64,000 nucleotides of DNA, taken from the NCBI GenBank assembly GCA_958009085.1, contig OY253677.1, positions 1 to 64,000 on the forward strand. Direction: 5' to 3'. Source of the stretch: Protoeuglena noctilucae (Eukaryota). This document shows, in pieces, positions 24,601 to 36,600 of this stretch. Each line of letters starts with the position of its first letter. The first letter of the stretch is position 1. Under the pieces are notes generated by a model that was not told the origin of the DNA, made no database searches, and saw only the letters and a list, made by a program, of their open reading frames with translations. The position numbers and the translations under genes are program-made.

Positions 24601-27600
24601 GGCGCGCGTCGATGTTCCAATGGCCGATGCTTCTACCGACGGCGCAGCTGTAAAAGGCTTGACGAGCGTCCAAGGTGTCGCAAACTCCGGCAAGTAAGGT
24701 GGCCGCGGTCGGCGGCGGGGCAGCGGGGCTGGCGGGGGTGGCAATGGGACAGGCCCGGGGGGGCAGAGAGGACAGAAACGGCGGCATAAAAGCACGGTAA
24801 ATGAGATTGGTCCAAAGCAAGCGAGGTTGATGGATATTCTCAAGCCATCTCCAAGCGGCTTTGTGCTGAGCAAGGCAGCGAAAAGCACTGCTAAGGTGTG
24901 TAGCATCGGCAGCCTTCCGCAGCGCTGCATGACGTGTTGCTGCCAGCCGCAGCAAATTTTGCGACTTGCCTGTTTCCATGCTGCATTGCAGGTGGCCACG
25001 TCAAGCCATGGCGCTGTTGCCCAGCCTTTGCCCTCTGGCAGTGGTGGTGGCATGGAGGAGCGTGTCATCGCCGTTTCCGACAGCGAGGATTCAGACGAGC
25101 ACAGGGGCAACAAAGGGCTCGCTCAGTGCGGCACTGGCAGGCCGTCACACACCTCTGCTGGGGGTACATTACAAGCGCCCTCTGCAGCAGGCAGAGTGTC
25201 AGGGCAAATGCACGGAACACGTGGACACGACACACACGAGGGGGTAAACAGCATGGCTAGACAGGATGGCGACGGGAGTGGCACACAGGGGAGCATGCAG
25301 GGTACGGTACCCTCAGAGCGAAAAGACGTGGGCCCAAAAAGGGCTGGGAAGAAAGAAAGAACTTCTACATCTGTTACACTGATACTGCAGCCTGCCCAGG
25401 TCATGCGATTTCGTGAGCAATATACGGAGAGCTGCAAGAGGTGCAAGGATTGCAAGCACCCAAAGAGGCCCACTCATCAGGCAACAAGATCATATGGCCT
25501 GGCCTGCGTGCCCAAGAAGGGCGGTATTTGGGAAAGGGAGGAGCATAAATGGGTCAAAGAGAGGATGTGTCAGAAGTGCAGGAAGAAATTTGAGACGACA
25601 ACGGGTGTCAAACTGACCATTATGGTGTTAACACGATTGTGCGATGACCCTATGTGCGTTACGCAGGGCCAGAAGTGCGAATCACAATACTCAGATAAGG
25701 ATCACGAACCTGAGAAAGAGGACCAGCGGGAGCCCAATCGTTGGTGCGCAACACACCGGCCAGAGGGCTTCTTTCCTCGCAACGGGTCCTGCGAAGAGTG
25801 CTATCAGAGCTGGAAAGAGGGAAAGCAAGAAAGACCCTTTTCAGCAAGTTTTGGATATCCCAAAGACAACCAAAACGCAGTGACTCAAACTGGCAAAGCG
25901 ACATGCTGTGCGACGCATCAAAAAGAGGGGATGGAATTCTTGAGACAGTACAAATGTGAGATATGCAAAAAACGTGCAAACTACATACCAGAGAACGGTT
26001 ACCAGCCTACACGTTGTCATAAGTGCAGAGAAAAAGATGTGAGGTATTACGATGTGCGGAACGGGCGATGCTTCACGCGAGGGTCTCCTAGGCAGCCTGT
26101 TTGGGACTGCCACCAGACAGGTCGAGCTGAATACTGCACAAAATGTGCTGATGATTTTCCCAACCCCGTCAGGAAACGTTTCTACTCACGTTGCAAGTCC
26201 GATGGGTGCCGAGTGCAACGATCGTATGGCAAGCGCACAGGCAGGGTGTTGGAATACACCAAGATGGGGCCCTGCAGCCGAAGTGCCGACTGTCTGCGAC
26301 AGCCATAAAGAAGACGGTATGACGGAGCACACCAACATAAAATCCGGCAAGGCTAAAGCAACCCACTGTGCCTCTCACGGCCGCGAGCTTGGGATGCGGG
26401 ATGTCCGCAACAAAAGATGCGAGGGAATGGGGGAGTTAGGGCCCTGCACAGTTGTCCTCCCGCTCTTTGGCTGGAAGGGTGATGTGCCTCGGTTCTGCGC
26501 CAAGCACAAGAAGGACGGCATGGTGAACTTGCTGTCGCCCCGCTGCGTCAAATGTGAGGAACAGGGGGTCATCAAGTGCCCTTGCTACGGAAATGAGGGT
26601 GGGCGGGGAACACACTGTGCGTCATGTGCCAGGGTGCTCAACGAACAGAGAGCTGAGGCAGGGGAACCGCTTTGGTGAACGTGGTGACGAAAGGTTGTGC
26701 CCACGCCGGTTGCAACGTCAGGGGCCCTGTGTGGGGCAAGTTCGATAAAAATGGCTCACCGGCACGTGGGAAACGGTACTGCTATGAGCATCACAAGGAT
26801 GAGGCAGGCCTGGTCAACATTGCGGTGCGCATGTGCGAGGTGACCATCGAGCGCTTGGCGTCTCTGGCCGAAGAAGCTGCTGCTACCATGGACACGCTTC
26901 CCTGTGAGCAAAAGGAACTTATCGTTGCAAACATCGTCGCGTGGGTGCGAGAGGTCACACAGATGTTCCCGCATGCTGCAGTGTATGTCTGCGTCAGTCA
27001 CTCCTTGCGTGCACTGGTTGAGATAGGCAACACTCCATTCACCAGTCAGCACTTCGTAGACAAGTCGGGGAAAAAACAGACCAATGCCGACCTCTCGTTG
27101 AGCAAAGCCATCAAGTTGCACGGCGCCAAGCAGGTGGTGCTGGCGGTCACGGTGACGCCGGAGGATGCCAATGGCATCGAGAGAGCTGTGCAAGAGGCTC
27201 TCCACGATGAGCTCGAGCCTGGTCTTGGTGCTGATGGTAAGCCACGCGCCCATCGCCTGTGGCGTAGGCCAGGAGCTGGAGGTACGCGGAAGCCTGTTCG
27301 CATAGCGGACCTCGCCTGTGTGAGGTACATTGTCGGCGCGCTCGTCATACCAGGGGGCGACCCGCCAGGCACGGCTTTTACGCTCAGCGAAGCGTCTGCG
27401 GACCGGCAGAATGCCGAAGACAGGGCGAAGGCTAACGTTGGCATGCAAGTCCAGGGGTCAGAGCTGCCCTTGCCAAAGCTCGTTTTCCTGCCTACGGGGA
27501 CGCACGTGCAGCCCAGCGGAAGCGTGCAGTTCCAGGACCCTGCCAGCGGCAACGTGGCACGCAAGCGGCTCATGGCGGACGCTGAGCAACTGCAGGCCAT

Positions 27601-27895
27601 GTACAAGAACATGCTGACATTCCGCGCCCTGGCCGGAGAAAAAGCTGTGAAAGCCAAAAGCGACGAGGCAGGCGAGGAGGTGGATGAGGCAGGCGACGAG
27701 GTGGACATGGACATGGAGACGCTGTTTGAGGTCGCACTGGAGGAGACTCGCATGGGCGAGGAGACGACGGCGGAAGAGATGGGCATCGACATTGGCATGC
27801 TGCAGCCTGCCGAGGAGGGAGATTCCGATGAAGAGGACAACGAGGATGGACAGAGCGACTCTGACGGAGAGGGTGACGCAGAACAGCGAGCCTGA
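21627..27895 (+). pseudogene. Composite gene with lesions: USP53/54-like C19 peptidase, disordered linker, LRLRGG, duplicated linker, EsV-1-7-type Cys/His repeats, GIY-YIG-like domain, acidic tail
   Basis: Cys box GVPDPEMGKNCCFVSTAARLV (~21651-21713). YNGATDIVSASIGYD. His box RHYVSLALRNGTWFLFDGPTAK|DLGSWDKAVQYLVNKRFVPWEALYEK. LRLRGG at 24094-24111. Repeats such as PRFCAKHKKDGMVNLLSPRC, THCASHGRELGMRDVRNKRC, YCYEHHKDEAGLVNIAVRMC. Lesions: 7-nt deletion ~24188, TAA at 24695, frameshifts ~26265 and ~26672. Confidence 0.75.
24157..25140 (+). repeat. Imperfect tandem duplication inside the composite gene (copy 1 ~24157-24570; copy 2 ~24620-25140)
   Basis: Identical 60-nt block GCCGTTTCCGACAGCGAGGATTCAGACGAGCACAGGGGCAACAAAGGGCTCGCTCAGTGC at 24500 and 25070; alignable upstream sequence. 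Confidence 0.9.
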
Positions 27896-28037
27896 CGTAC
27901 GTCTGGCGGGTGGTTTGGACCAGGGGCGACGATGGTTTTTGCAGGCAATGTTGGGCATACAGGACCAACCCTCTCCGCTGTCCCGCCTGGCAAGGTAACA
28001 GCGCTAAGCGCTGAGAGCATGACTGAATGGCTTGCGT

Positions 28038-28328
28038 GATGGTGTTTCTGTGGCTGAGCAGCGCAGGGCAGGGCTGTACCGGCCACACCTGCCGCGTGCC
28101 CCGCTGCCACGCAGGATCTACGGTCACCTGTCCGTGGTGGTGCTGTGGCCGGTGCAGGTGGACCACCTACAGCTGCGCGGCAACCGGAGACACATGGTGG
28201 GGGGCAGGCGGCTGGTTAGGGTGGGGTGGAATGGCGTGAGTGTAGGCACCATCCCCGGCACCTCCCCCCTTCCGCAGTACACGCGGGCGGACGATGGGAG
28301 CTGGGCCAAGCGAGGCGTGAATCCTTGA
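28038..28328 (+). pseudogene. Duplicated 3' fragment of the PPOX-like gene with an internal deletion
   Basis: Aligns to 20186-20288, then jumps at GTGGTG microhomology to ~20586-20775. Retains the last intron and YTRADDGSWAKRGVNP*. Confidence 0.92.
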
Positions 28329-28527
28329 CCCCCCGACGTGCATGCGTAGTCCAGGCCTTGAATATCGCGGCGGATGACACACAGCAGAACAGCAGATGCA
28401 GAGCTGGCGCAACAGGCGATGCCATCCGACGAGGAACCCCGCAGCTCAGATGTCCCATGCACGTCAGCTAGTGAAGCGTGCCGACTGTTGCATGGCTCAG
28501 CCACTATGCAACCCCCCACTCAGCCCC

Positions 28528-31500
28528 TCATCCACTCTGCCCCACTCTGCCCCTCATCCACTCTGCCCCCCCCGGCCCCCCTCCGGCTCGGGTACCGCGG
28601 TGGCGCCCCCACAGCCGCGGCCTCCTCGGCGTCTCCCCCGGTGCGCACCACCACCTTGGAGCGGGGGGACGCCTGGGGGGAGGCGCGGGGGGACGCCTCA
28701 CGCTTGACGCCACGGGGGGGGGCGGCCTGCAATGACAGAGGGCAGAGGGGAAGGGTGGCACTGACAGCTGCACAGGCATAAACACAGGCACTGTCAGCCT
28801 TGCTCTGCTCTACCACCACATAGCAGCACCCACTCACCCGTGATCCCCCCCCTGCTGCCGCATTCCGCCCCCCCCATCTCCTCCTCTGCCCCAGACGCCC
28901 TGGCAGCCCGCGTCGCCTCCCCCCTCACGCGCCGCAGCCGGCCCAGGGCAGCCGCGCGTGCCCCGTGCGCCAGGGATGCGAGACCCGCATCACTGGGGTG
29001 CCTGGGCGACGGCGGCGACGGTGGCGACGGCGGGGATGGCGCTTCATGGGTGGCAGAGTGGGTGGCGGAGTCGAGGGATGCGCGGATGGGGTGGGATGCC
29101 ATGGCCGCGGGGGGATGGGTGGCGTGTTGGCCGCGTGGCTGGCCCACCTCACGTGCGGCAGCGTGACCCCCTCGGGCATCTGCGCCAGGGAGAGGTCCAC
29201 GCGCCACTGGGCGGGGCGGGACTCCAGGCGACGCACCAGGTCACGCAGGCGGTGAATCTCCACGTCACGCTCCTGGAATGGCACGGGGGGGAGAGGGGCA
29301 GGGTGTCATGGCCAAGGGCTGCGTGCGCGTGAGGGTGACCATTGCAGCCACTGCCCTGTCCCTGCCTCGCCTCGAGTGCTTTCACCGTGGCCGCTGCCTC
29401 TGCCCTCGCGGCCGCCAGTTCCCTCCCCAGGGCATCGGCGCGGTCCTCTGCCTCACGCCTGGCACGGCACAGGGACTCGACGTCACTGGCAGTCAACTCC
29501 TGAGAAAGAGGGGTGGAGAGGGACAAAGTCACGAGCAAGCAAGCTACGCCCATACTCGCAATCCCTCACTCCCCCCCCTCACTCACTCTGCCACCCGCAC
29601 GCCCCCATCCACACTCCCACTCCCCCTCACCTGTGTCGCTTCCCCCTCCCACTCCCCCCTGGCCCGCGTCAACTCCGCCCTCAGCGTCTCCACCTCATCG
29701 CGCAGATCCCCGCACTGCCCACACGCGGCCCCCGCCAGTGCCAGTGCCGATGCGGATGCCGGCCGGCGCGGTGCCACACGGGGAGTGGGGGTCACGGTGG
29801 CGGGGCCCTCGCGTGCCGTGATCTGCTTGGCCCTGCATGGGGGGAAGAGAGCATGCAGTTGCAGACGAGCAAGCAATACGCAACGATCGGCAGCCGTCTC
29901 TCATCCCACTCTCTCTGCCCTCATCACTGTCTGCTTAGTGCCACATGCACCCCACCCCTCACCTGTCTGCCCAGTGCAGCGTGTTGGCCGTCTCCGGGAG
30001 GGCGGAGCTGGAGGGCGACACGTTGGCGATCATGGAGGTGCGGCAGTCGCTGCCCAGGGAGTCCTTCAGCAGCTTCGTCAGCTTGGAGTTGCGGTAGGGG
30101 ATGTGGCGCTTGCCCTGCGAGGGGGGGACGTGTGAAGCGTGGGTGCGTGCTAAGTGGCAGACACCACGAGTGTTGCCATGCCCATCCCCTGCCACCCTCG
30201 CCTCCACGAGTGCGGATATGCAGCTGGACAGCGCCAGCAGTGACCGGTTGATGTTGGCGCCCTCCACCGTGCGCTGAGAGCGTGCTTCTGTAGCCACGTG
30301 GCGCTCGGACCCCGCCAGGTCCACCAGGGACTGCGAGAGGGAGAGAGATGGGGGTGTGAGATGATACGACAGATGCACAGATATACACACATGCACGGCA
30401 TCCTGCTCCCTCACCAGGTTCCCCTCCGCGCCCCCCCCCATGGCCACGTGCACCTGCAGCACCGCGTGGGACCGAGACGACGTGGCATTAGAGCGGGTCT
30501 CCTCGGTGGTGCGCCTGGGGTGGAAGAGAGAGAGAGTGGTCACACAGTCGCATCAGATGCCACGGCTGCGACTGTTAGCATGTCACCACCCCCTGCTGTG
30601 CTGAACAGGAACCCCCCCCCCCCCCCTCTGCTCGCCTCTGGTTTCCCATGTGCAGCAGCTGTATGACCTCGTCTGCGCTGCGGCACTCGTAGTGCGTGAG
30701 GCCAGGCACCACCGTGCCGTGCTCCCCCTCCCGGATGTCCAGGGCCTTGCCGGGGTTGAGCAGGTCACGCACCGTCTCGTTGTAGATCTGGGGAGAGGGA
30801 GAGAGTGCTGATGCGGTGACCGTCATGCCAGTCACAGTGCGACAGCTCCGTGGAGATGTGATCCTAGCTGAGACCCATAAGACAGCGCTTGCCTTACCCC
30901 TCTCCGCATGGCCCACCTCGACATATTACAATCACCAATCATGGATCACCACGACTCACCTCCAGATATGACAGGCGCACGTCCACGGACCGCGGCCCGT
31001 CCCCCGCCTTGGCAAAGAGGTCCCTCAAAGCGTGGATCATCACCCCGGGCTCCTCGGGCGTCCCCAGCATGGTGTACGTCTGAGAGAGCACGGGGCAGGG
31101 ACACGGTCGCGCCACACCGCGCATGCTCGACATGGATGCCGCACCCGCCCACCCGCAGCCGCACGCACCTTGCCCGCGCCCGTCGCGCCGTAGCAGAAGC
31201 AGCAGGCGTTGTGGCCCAGGAGCACCTGGTCCACCAGCGGCGCCGTCGTCAGCGCGTAGACCTCGGCCTGCCGCGACGCGGGGCCAAACACGGCGTCGAA
31301 CGTGAAGCTGCGGCAGCGCAGGCGGTTCTGGCGGAGGTAGTCGCGCTCCTCGCAGAACTCGGACAGCAGCACGTGGCGCTTCTTGTCCTCCTCCACGCAG
31401 GGAAAGGCGTCCTGGTCGCGCTCCCGCTGCCCCAGGGGGCGTACCCGCACAAACACGTTGACGCGACCCGTGTCGAAGGAGCGGCGCGCCGAGGGGGCGG

Positions 31501-31771
31501 GGCCGGGAGGCGTCGCATCGCTCGGAGGTCGCTGCGGACGCGCGATGTGATACCTGCGGCGCGGCGGGCGGGCGTGTTGTTGACTTGCCCGAGGGCGCTC
31601 CAGAATGTGGGGCCGCTGCCCGCCACGGGCCCTATCTCGCCTGGGTCTCTCCGCCTGAGCAATCAAGGTCGGCTGACCCGACTGCGGCCGCGACTTGGCC
31701 CGGCTCGCGCGGCCCCCCTCGTTGGGGTCGCGCGGCCGGAGAGGCAAGGGGGAGCCCTCCTCGCCGCCCAT
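28528..31771 (-). CDS. Kinesin-8 family motor (KIF18/19-like), multi-exon; 3' end approximate
   Basis: VFVRVRPL, DYLRQNRLRCRSFTFDAVF, FCYGATGAGK|TYTMLG, SYLE|IYNE, NATSSRSHA, LVDLAGSER, EGANINRSLLALSSCISAL, HIPYRNSKLT, MIANVSPS, followed by a coiled-coil tail. Confidence 0.95.
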
Positions 31772-32103
31772 GGAACGCGAATCAGGCACCTCCCCGATAC
31801 GCCTGGGGTCTCCAAGCGCGAAGATGAGCCGCGCGACCGCCGTGGCTGCCGCTTTGCGCGAGGAATCCCGTCACGGCCATGCCAGTCTTACAGTGTCGCC
31901 TCGGAGGCGATTTCTCCGCACAGCTCCGGGGAGCGGCCTCATCGGTGACCGGATTCAAAGACGTGCGAATCGCTCCGTCGCTCTCCACGCGCTCCTTGTC
32001 GTCCTCGGCTCGTTGCTCTCAAACCTTCTTCATCGCCTTCAGACCCGTGCCTCTCTCGCGCCTTCGGCCTCTACGGGGCTGCCGGGGGGATTTGCGCGGC
32101 GCC

Positions 32104-33330
32104 ATGAATCAGTCAAACTCGTTGGTGAAGTACGACAGCGCCGTCCTGGTGGTGACTTCCAAGGCCGGGAAGCAGCATGCGGGGAAGAAGTTGCCGCCAG
32201 TGGAGTCCAAGGCGAGTGCGAGCCCGGTCGCTGGGGCTGGGTCGCTGGGGCCGCCGGCGGCGGCGGGCGCTCGGGCGGGCGCGCGCTCCAGCGCATGGCA
32301 TGCTGGAAATGCGCTCGGTCCCCGCTCCCCGCGGCGGCGCTCATTCCCTCTGGCCACGCATGCCGTTGCTTCCTCGTTATCATGCGGGGCGTGCGTACTC
32401 GCGCCGTCCCCGCGCGGCCCCCCGGCGACGCTGCATCTGGTCGCATGCCCCGCCCCAGCAATTTAAGCCCCTCTCGCGCGGTAGAACCCGCGCGGCCCTG
32501 CCGGTGACTTCGCAACAATCATTCTGACGTTCGCAGGGTCCGGCGCAGGCGGAGGACATCCTGAACTCCATCCTTCCCCCCCGCGAGTGGACGGAGGGCG
32601 GGCAGCTGTGGGTGCAGTACGTTTCGAGCACGCCGGCCACGCGCCTGGACGTGATCAACCTCCAGGAGAAGCTCGACCAGCAGCTGCAGCAGCGGCAGGC
32701 GCGCGAGACGGGCATCTGCCCCGTCCGGGAGGAGCTGTATGCGCAGTGCTTCGATGAGCTCATCCGGCAGGTCACCATCAACTGCGCCGAGCGGGGGCTG
32801 CTCCTCCTGCGGTGAGCCGCGCGCGAGGCGGCTGGCGGTGGGGCGCAGGGCTTTTCTGCGGCTTCCTGTTTTCTTCATAGCATGTGCCGACCCCCCGCAG
32901 GGTGCGCGACGAGATGCGGATGACCATCAGCGCGTATCAGACGCTGTACGAGTCAGCGGTGGCGTTCGGGATGCGCAAGGCCCTCCAGGCCGAGCAGGGG
33001 CGCTCCGAGCTCCTGGCCCGCATCGACCAGCTGGAGGTGAGGGCGAGGCAGGGAGCCGCGCGGGTGTGCGGGACGGCGGTGGAGTTCAAAATTGGCTTAA
33101 TGTCGAGCTGACACGCTCTCCGTTCTCCATTCCCTTCGCAGTCGGAGAAGGCGGACCTGGAGAAGAAGCTGCAGGAGCAGGTGCTGCGGTGCGAGCAGAT
33201 CGAGAAGCGCGAGCAGGAGCGCCGGGAAGCGGAGACGAAGAAGCACAACGAGGACAAGGAGTACTTCGCGTCGCGGCTGTCGCAGCTCAAGCAGCAGCTC
33301 GACGCCTTCACGTCCTCGTCCAAAAAGTGA
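32104..33330 (+). CDS. DNALI1: Axonemal inner-arm dynein light chain p28 (IDA4/DNALI1), 4 exons
   Basis: SLVKYD...|EDILNSILPPREWTEGGQLWVQYVSSTPATRLDVINLQEKLDQQLQQRQARETGICPVREELYAQCFDELIRQVTINCAERGLLLLR|VRDEMRMTISAYQTLYESAVAFGMRKAL. Confidence 0.97.
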
Positions 33331-33688
33331 CGGGGACTCTAGGGCATGTAGCGCGACGGCGGAAGCGGCGTAGCGCAGTCTTGAATGCGTCTCCAAGCCA
33401 TGGGGTTCGAGAGCGGTTGCTCGCGAGGGGTTCAACTGGCACGACGTGTCGCTGGCGTCGGAGGGGGGCGCCGCGCCCCCCGCGGTCAGCCAAGCCAGGG
33501 CCCCCGTCATGTCCAACAGATTAAGCGTTCCGGAAGCCTTAGACCCAGCTTGGCGGAGGCCCGCCGCAAGCATTCACACACCAAGCGAACCTGATTGGAA
33601 GAACCAAGCATAATCCAGGAAGATTTCCTTACGATTGTTCGCGCCACCCGGCGGACAAACGCATGAACTGTGTGTCCCCGCTGGAGCC

Positions 33689-36600
33689 ATGACGGCGGCG
33701 GCGGAGGCGGCCTTCCTGGGCGTTGGCGCTCAGCAGGGGCAGCTGGAGGGGGTGAGCGATGGCGAGCGAGCGCCCGCGCCTCGTTTTTGGATTATAGGTC
33801 GACGTTGCATTTCTGCCACTCGGGCCCGCCGTCCTATCCGGATCCGTGCGATGCGCGGGGCTCGGAAGACCTAAGTCCGGGCATCCGGCATGCGGTGGCT
33901 CGCGGATGCCGAGCTGTTTGGCGCGCCGGCCGAGGGGTGCACATAGATGACCGATGTTGTGCGAGTACGCGGGGCAACGGCGCGTGCGACCCTCATCCCG
34001 CCCCCGCCATCCCGGCCTTGTTGGTGGTTCCACGCACAGAGCCTCCCCCGCCCCGCTCCGCCCGCGCCTGCGCCCCGAATGGCGGTGCGCCATCGCGGGA
34101 GCATTATGTTCAGCGCCCGCTCCCTCCGCCTGGCCCGCCGCTCCCTCATCGCCGATAACGCCTCCATCGGAGCGTGTCTGCAGGGCGTGGCGCTGGGCCC
34201 CGGGTCGCCGCCGCCGCTGGGCGCGGAGGGCGGCGCTGGCAACGACGCTCGCGAGAAGTCGCCGGACGACGGGCTCGAGCGCCGTCAGCGTCGCCTGTCG
34301 GTGCAAGTGGGTGCCCTGGCCCGTGGCGACTACCGCGGCATCCAGGCGGGGGCGCTGGGGGGGGCGGCGAGGAGGGCAGAGGATGCGGTGAGTGTTTCCT
34401 TGGAGAGAGATGTGTGGCGGTGTGGATAAGGGTGCTTCCTTGGTGGTGTGAGGTCACCCACCTGTGTGCTTGTTCCCCTACAGGCGGCCCCTGGGGCGGC
34501 GTGGACTCCCTTCCAGACCCCCCTGGCACTGCCGGTGCAGCCACACGGCACCACCAATGTCACGGCTCATGCGGACCCGTGGAGAATTACCCCCACCTCT
34601 GCGGCAGCGGGTGAGGGGCGGGGGGTATGGGTGATGGCGAGCGCGTGCGTGGGTGGCAATGTCACTGCGTCGTTGCCTCTCGTGCGCTCGCAGGCGGGGC
34701 GCAGTCTGGGATGTGGACGGGGAGCCTGGCAGACCGCATCCGAGGTGACACCAGCTGAGAGAGTGCCTTGCCTTGCATGAGGGCATGCCGTGGCTGTGCG
34801 TCACGCGGTGGTGTCCCCCTCCCCTCCCCGCAGCCAGCCTCGCAGCTTTGCAGAGGGAGCAGGACGAGGCAGAGGCGGCGCTGCTCGCCAGTGGGGCCAG
34901 GGGCGCTGGCACCGTGGGGGACATGGCAGCCGCACTGCAGGCCATGGCCGCGCTCAGGTATGACAACACCTGATGTATGTAGTGACATGCGAGCAGTCAG
35001 CTGCACGCAGTGACTGACTGTGACCCTGTTCGACTCTCTCCTCTGCAGGGCGCAGGGGTCCTCGGGTGCCCCCGGGCGTGTGCCGTCGGTGAGGGACCCC
35101 TTCACTGCGGCGCTGTCCGGGGGCCCACTGCTGGGCAACGCGCACGGGGCATACACGGCAGCAGCCACGGGTGAGGATGCCAGTGCAGATCGTGGCATCA
35201 GTTAGTGGATTGATACTCTCCCTCACTCTCATCACCACTGTACCCCACTCGCAGCTGCCGCGGCTGCTCTGGCGGCGTCTGCCCAGGCCCTGGGGGAGCT
35301 GACGGCGGGCGACGTGACGCACCACGTGATGCAGATGGCCGCCAGCCAGGCCCTGCGCAGCCCCGTCGACCCCTCCACGGGGGTGCTGCGGTGCCTGGCA
35401 TGCGGGAGGCCCTTCGCCTCACGCAGCGCCCTCACGCAGGTGGGACTGGCTGGGGGTGGCTGCTGTATAAGAGGTGAAGCATGCACGTGCGGTGCTTTTG
35501 TCAGGGATTATCACTACCTTGCATGCTGCCCTGCTTGTCCCCGCAGCACCTGGCTGCCCTGCACCACGGCATCAACGCCCCGGGTGCGCCCACGGTGGAG
35601 AGACCCCAGGCGCCGCCCTCGCCCCCGCACAAGCCGCAGCGCAGGCAGCAGGGCAGCTCTCTTGTGGTGGGGATGGGGGAGGAGGGCAGGGACGGCGCCA
35701 ACCCCTCCTCCAGCACCGCATCGGCACTGGGAGCGGGGCTGGGCGCAGGAGCGGGCAAGGTGAGGAGAGGAGGGGGCGGGGAAGTTATGGGCACGGCAGC
35801 TCCCTGGCCTGTGTTCGCATTAACATAAACATCGTTCTCTCTTCCCCCCCCCAGCGTTGCCAGAGTGCGGGTGACCTGTCGGCGGCCGTGAGGGAGGGCC
35901 GCCACGTCAGCAAGGGGCCGGCCAGGGCCAGCGCGGGGCACGCACTGCCCGTGCCACACTCGGGGGCCGGGAAGGCGAGGAGGGGCGAGGGACACGCATG
36001 ATTGTGACTGTGGTTGCGATGCACCACTCACTGCGCCGCACCTGTTGCCACGCTGTGCTTGCTCTGCTCTGCTCGTGCCCCACTGTGCTGCCACTGCCCC
36101 ACCCCATCCCATCCCATTCTCGTCCCTGCACATCTCACCCCCAGGGATTCGTGGCTGGCACCGTGGATGCGGCCACCGGCGCCCTGCTGTCCCGCCAGCC
36201 CCGCCCCACCCGTGTCAAGCGCGGCATCCTGCAGTGCACGGCCCAGGACCTGCTCGGGCAGGCGCTGGCGGCGGAGGCGCGGCTGCGGGAGGCCAGGGAC
36301 GACGGCAGGCGGCTGCAGGCACTGGTGGACTCGGCACACCAGGCGAGAGAATGGGGGTGATGGGGAGAGGGAGTGGCATGCCATGGGGATGCGATGCGAT
36401 GGGTCGAGAGATGGTGACATGCATCATGCACCGGGTGTGACACAGTAAATATGAACAGCATCAATGTAAGTGACTCCTCGTCCCTCTCCCCCCCACCTCA
36501 GATGGGCACGGGTGGCCTGCTGGTGCGCATCAAGCAAGTCGCTGCCCAGCAGGGCATGCTGTCGGGTGCCTTCGAGGCGTCGATGGGTCTCCTGGAGGGG

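Larger units (their letters stand above)
20810..28035. mobile_element. Putative inserted element (~7.2 kb, lower GC than flanks) between the PPOX gene and a partial copy of it; carries one composite USP/EsV-1-7 gene
   Basis: Flanked by duplicated host sequence (20186-~20810 vs ~28038-28365). Visibly more A/T-rich, especially 20800-21100 and 25300-26400. Palindrome plus CTGA near the right edge. No transposase, RT or helicase recognised. Confidence 0.45.

Noticed and set aside
20810..28035. Autonomous transposon or full endogenous giant virus
   Set aside because: No transposase, reverse transcriptase, integrase, Rep/helicase, capsid or polymerase motifs and no terminal inverted repeats were recognised.
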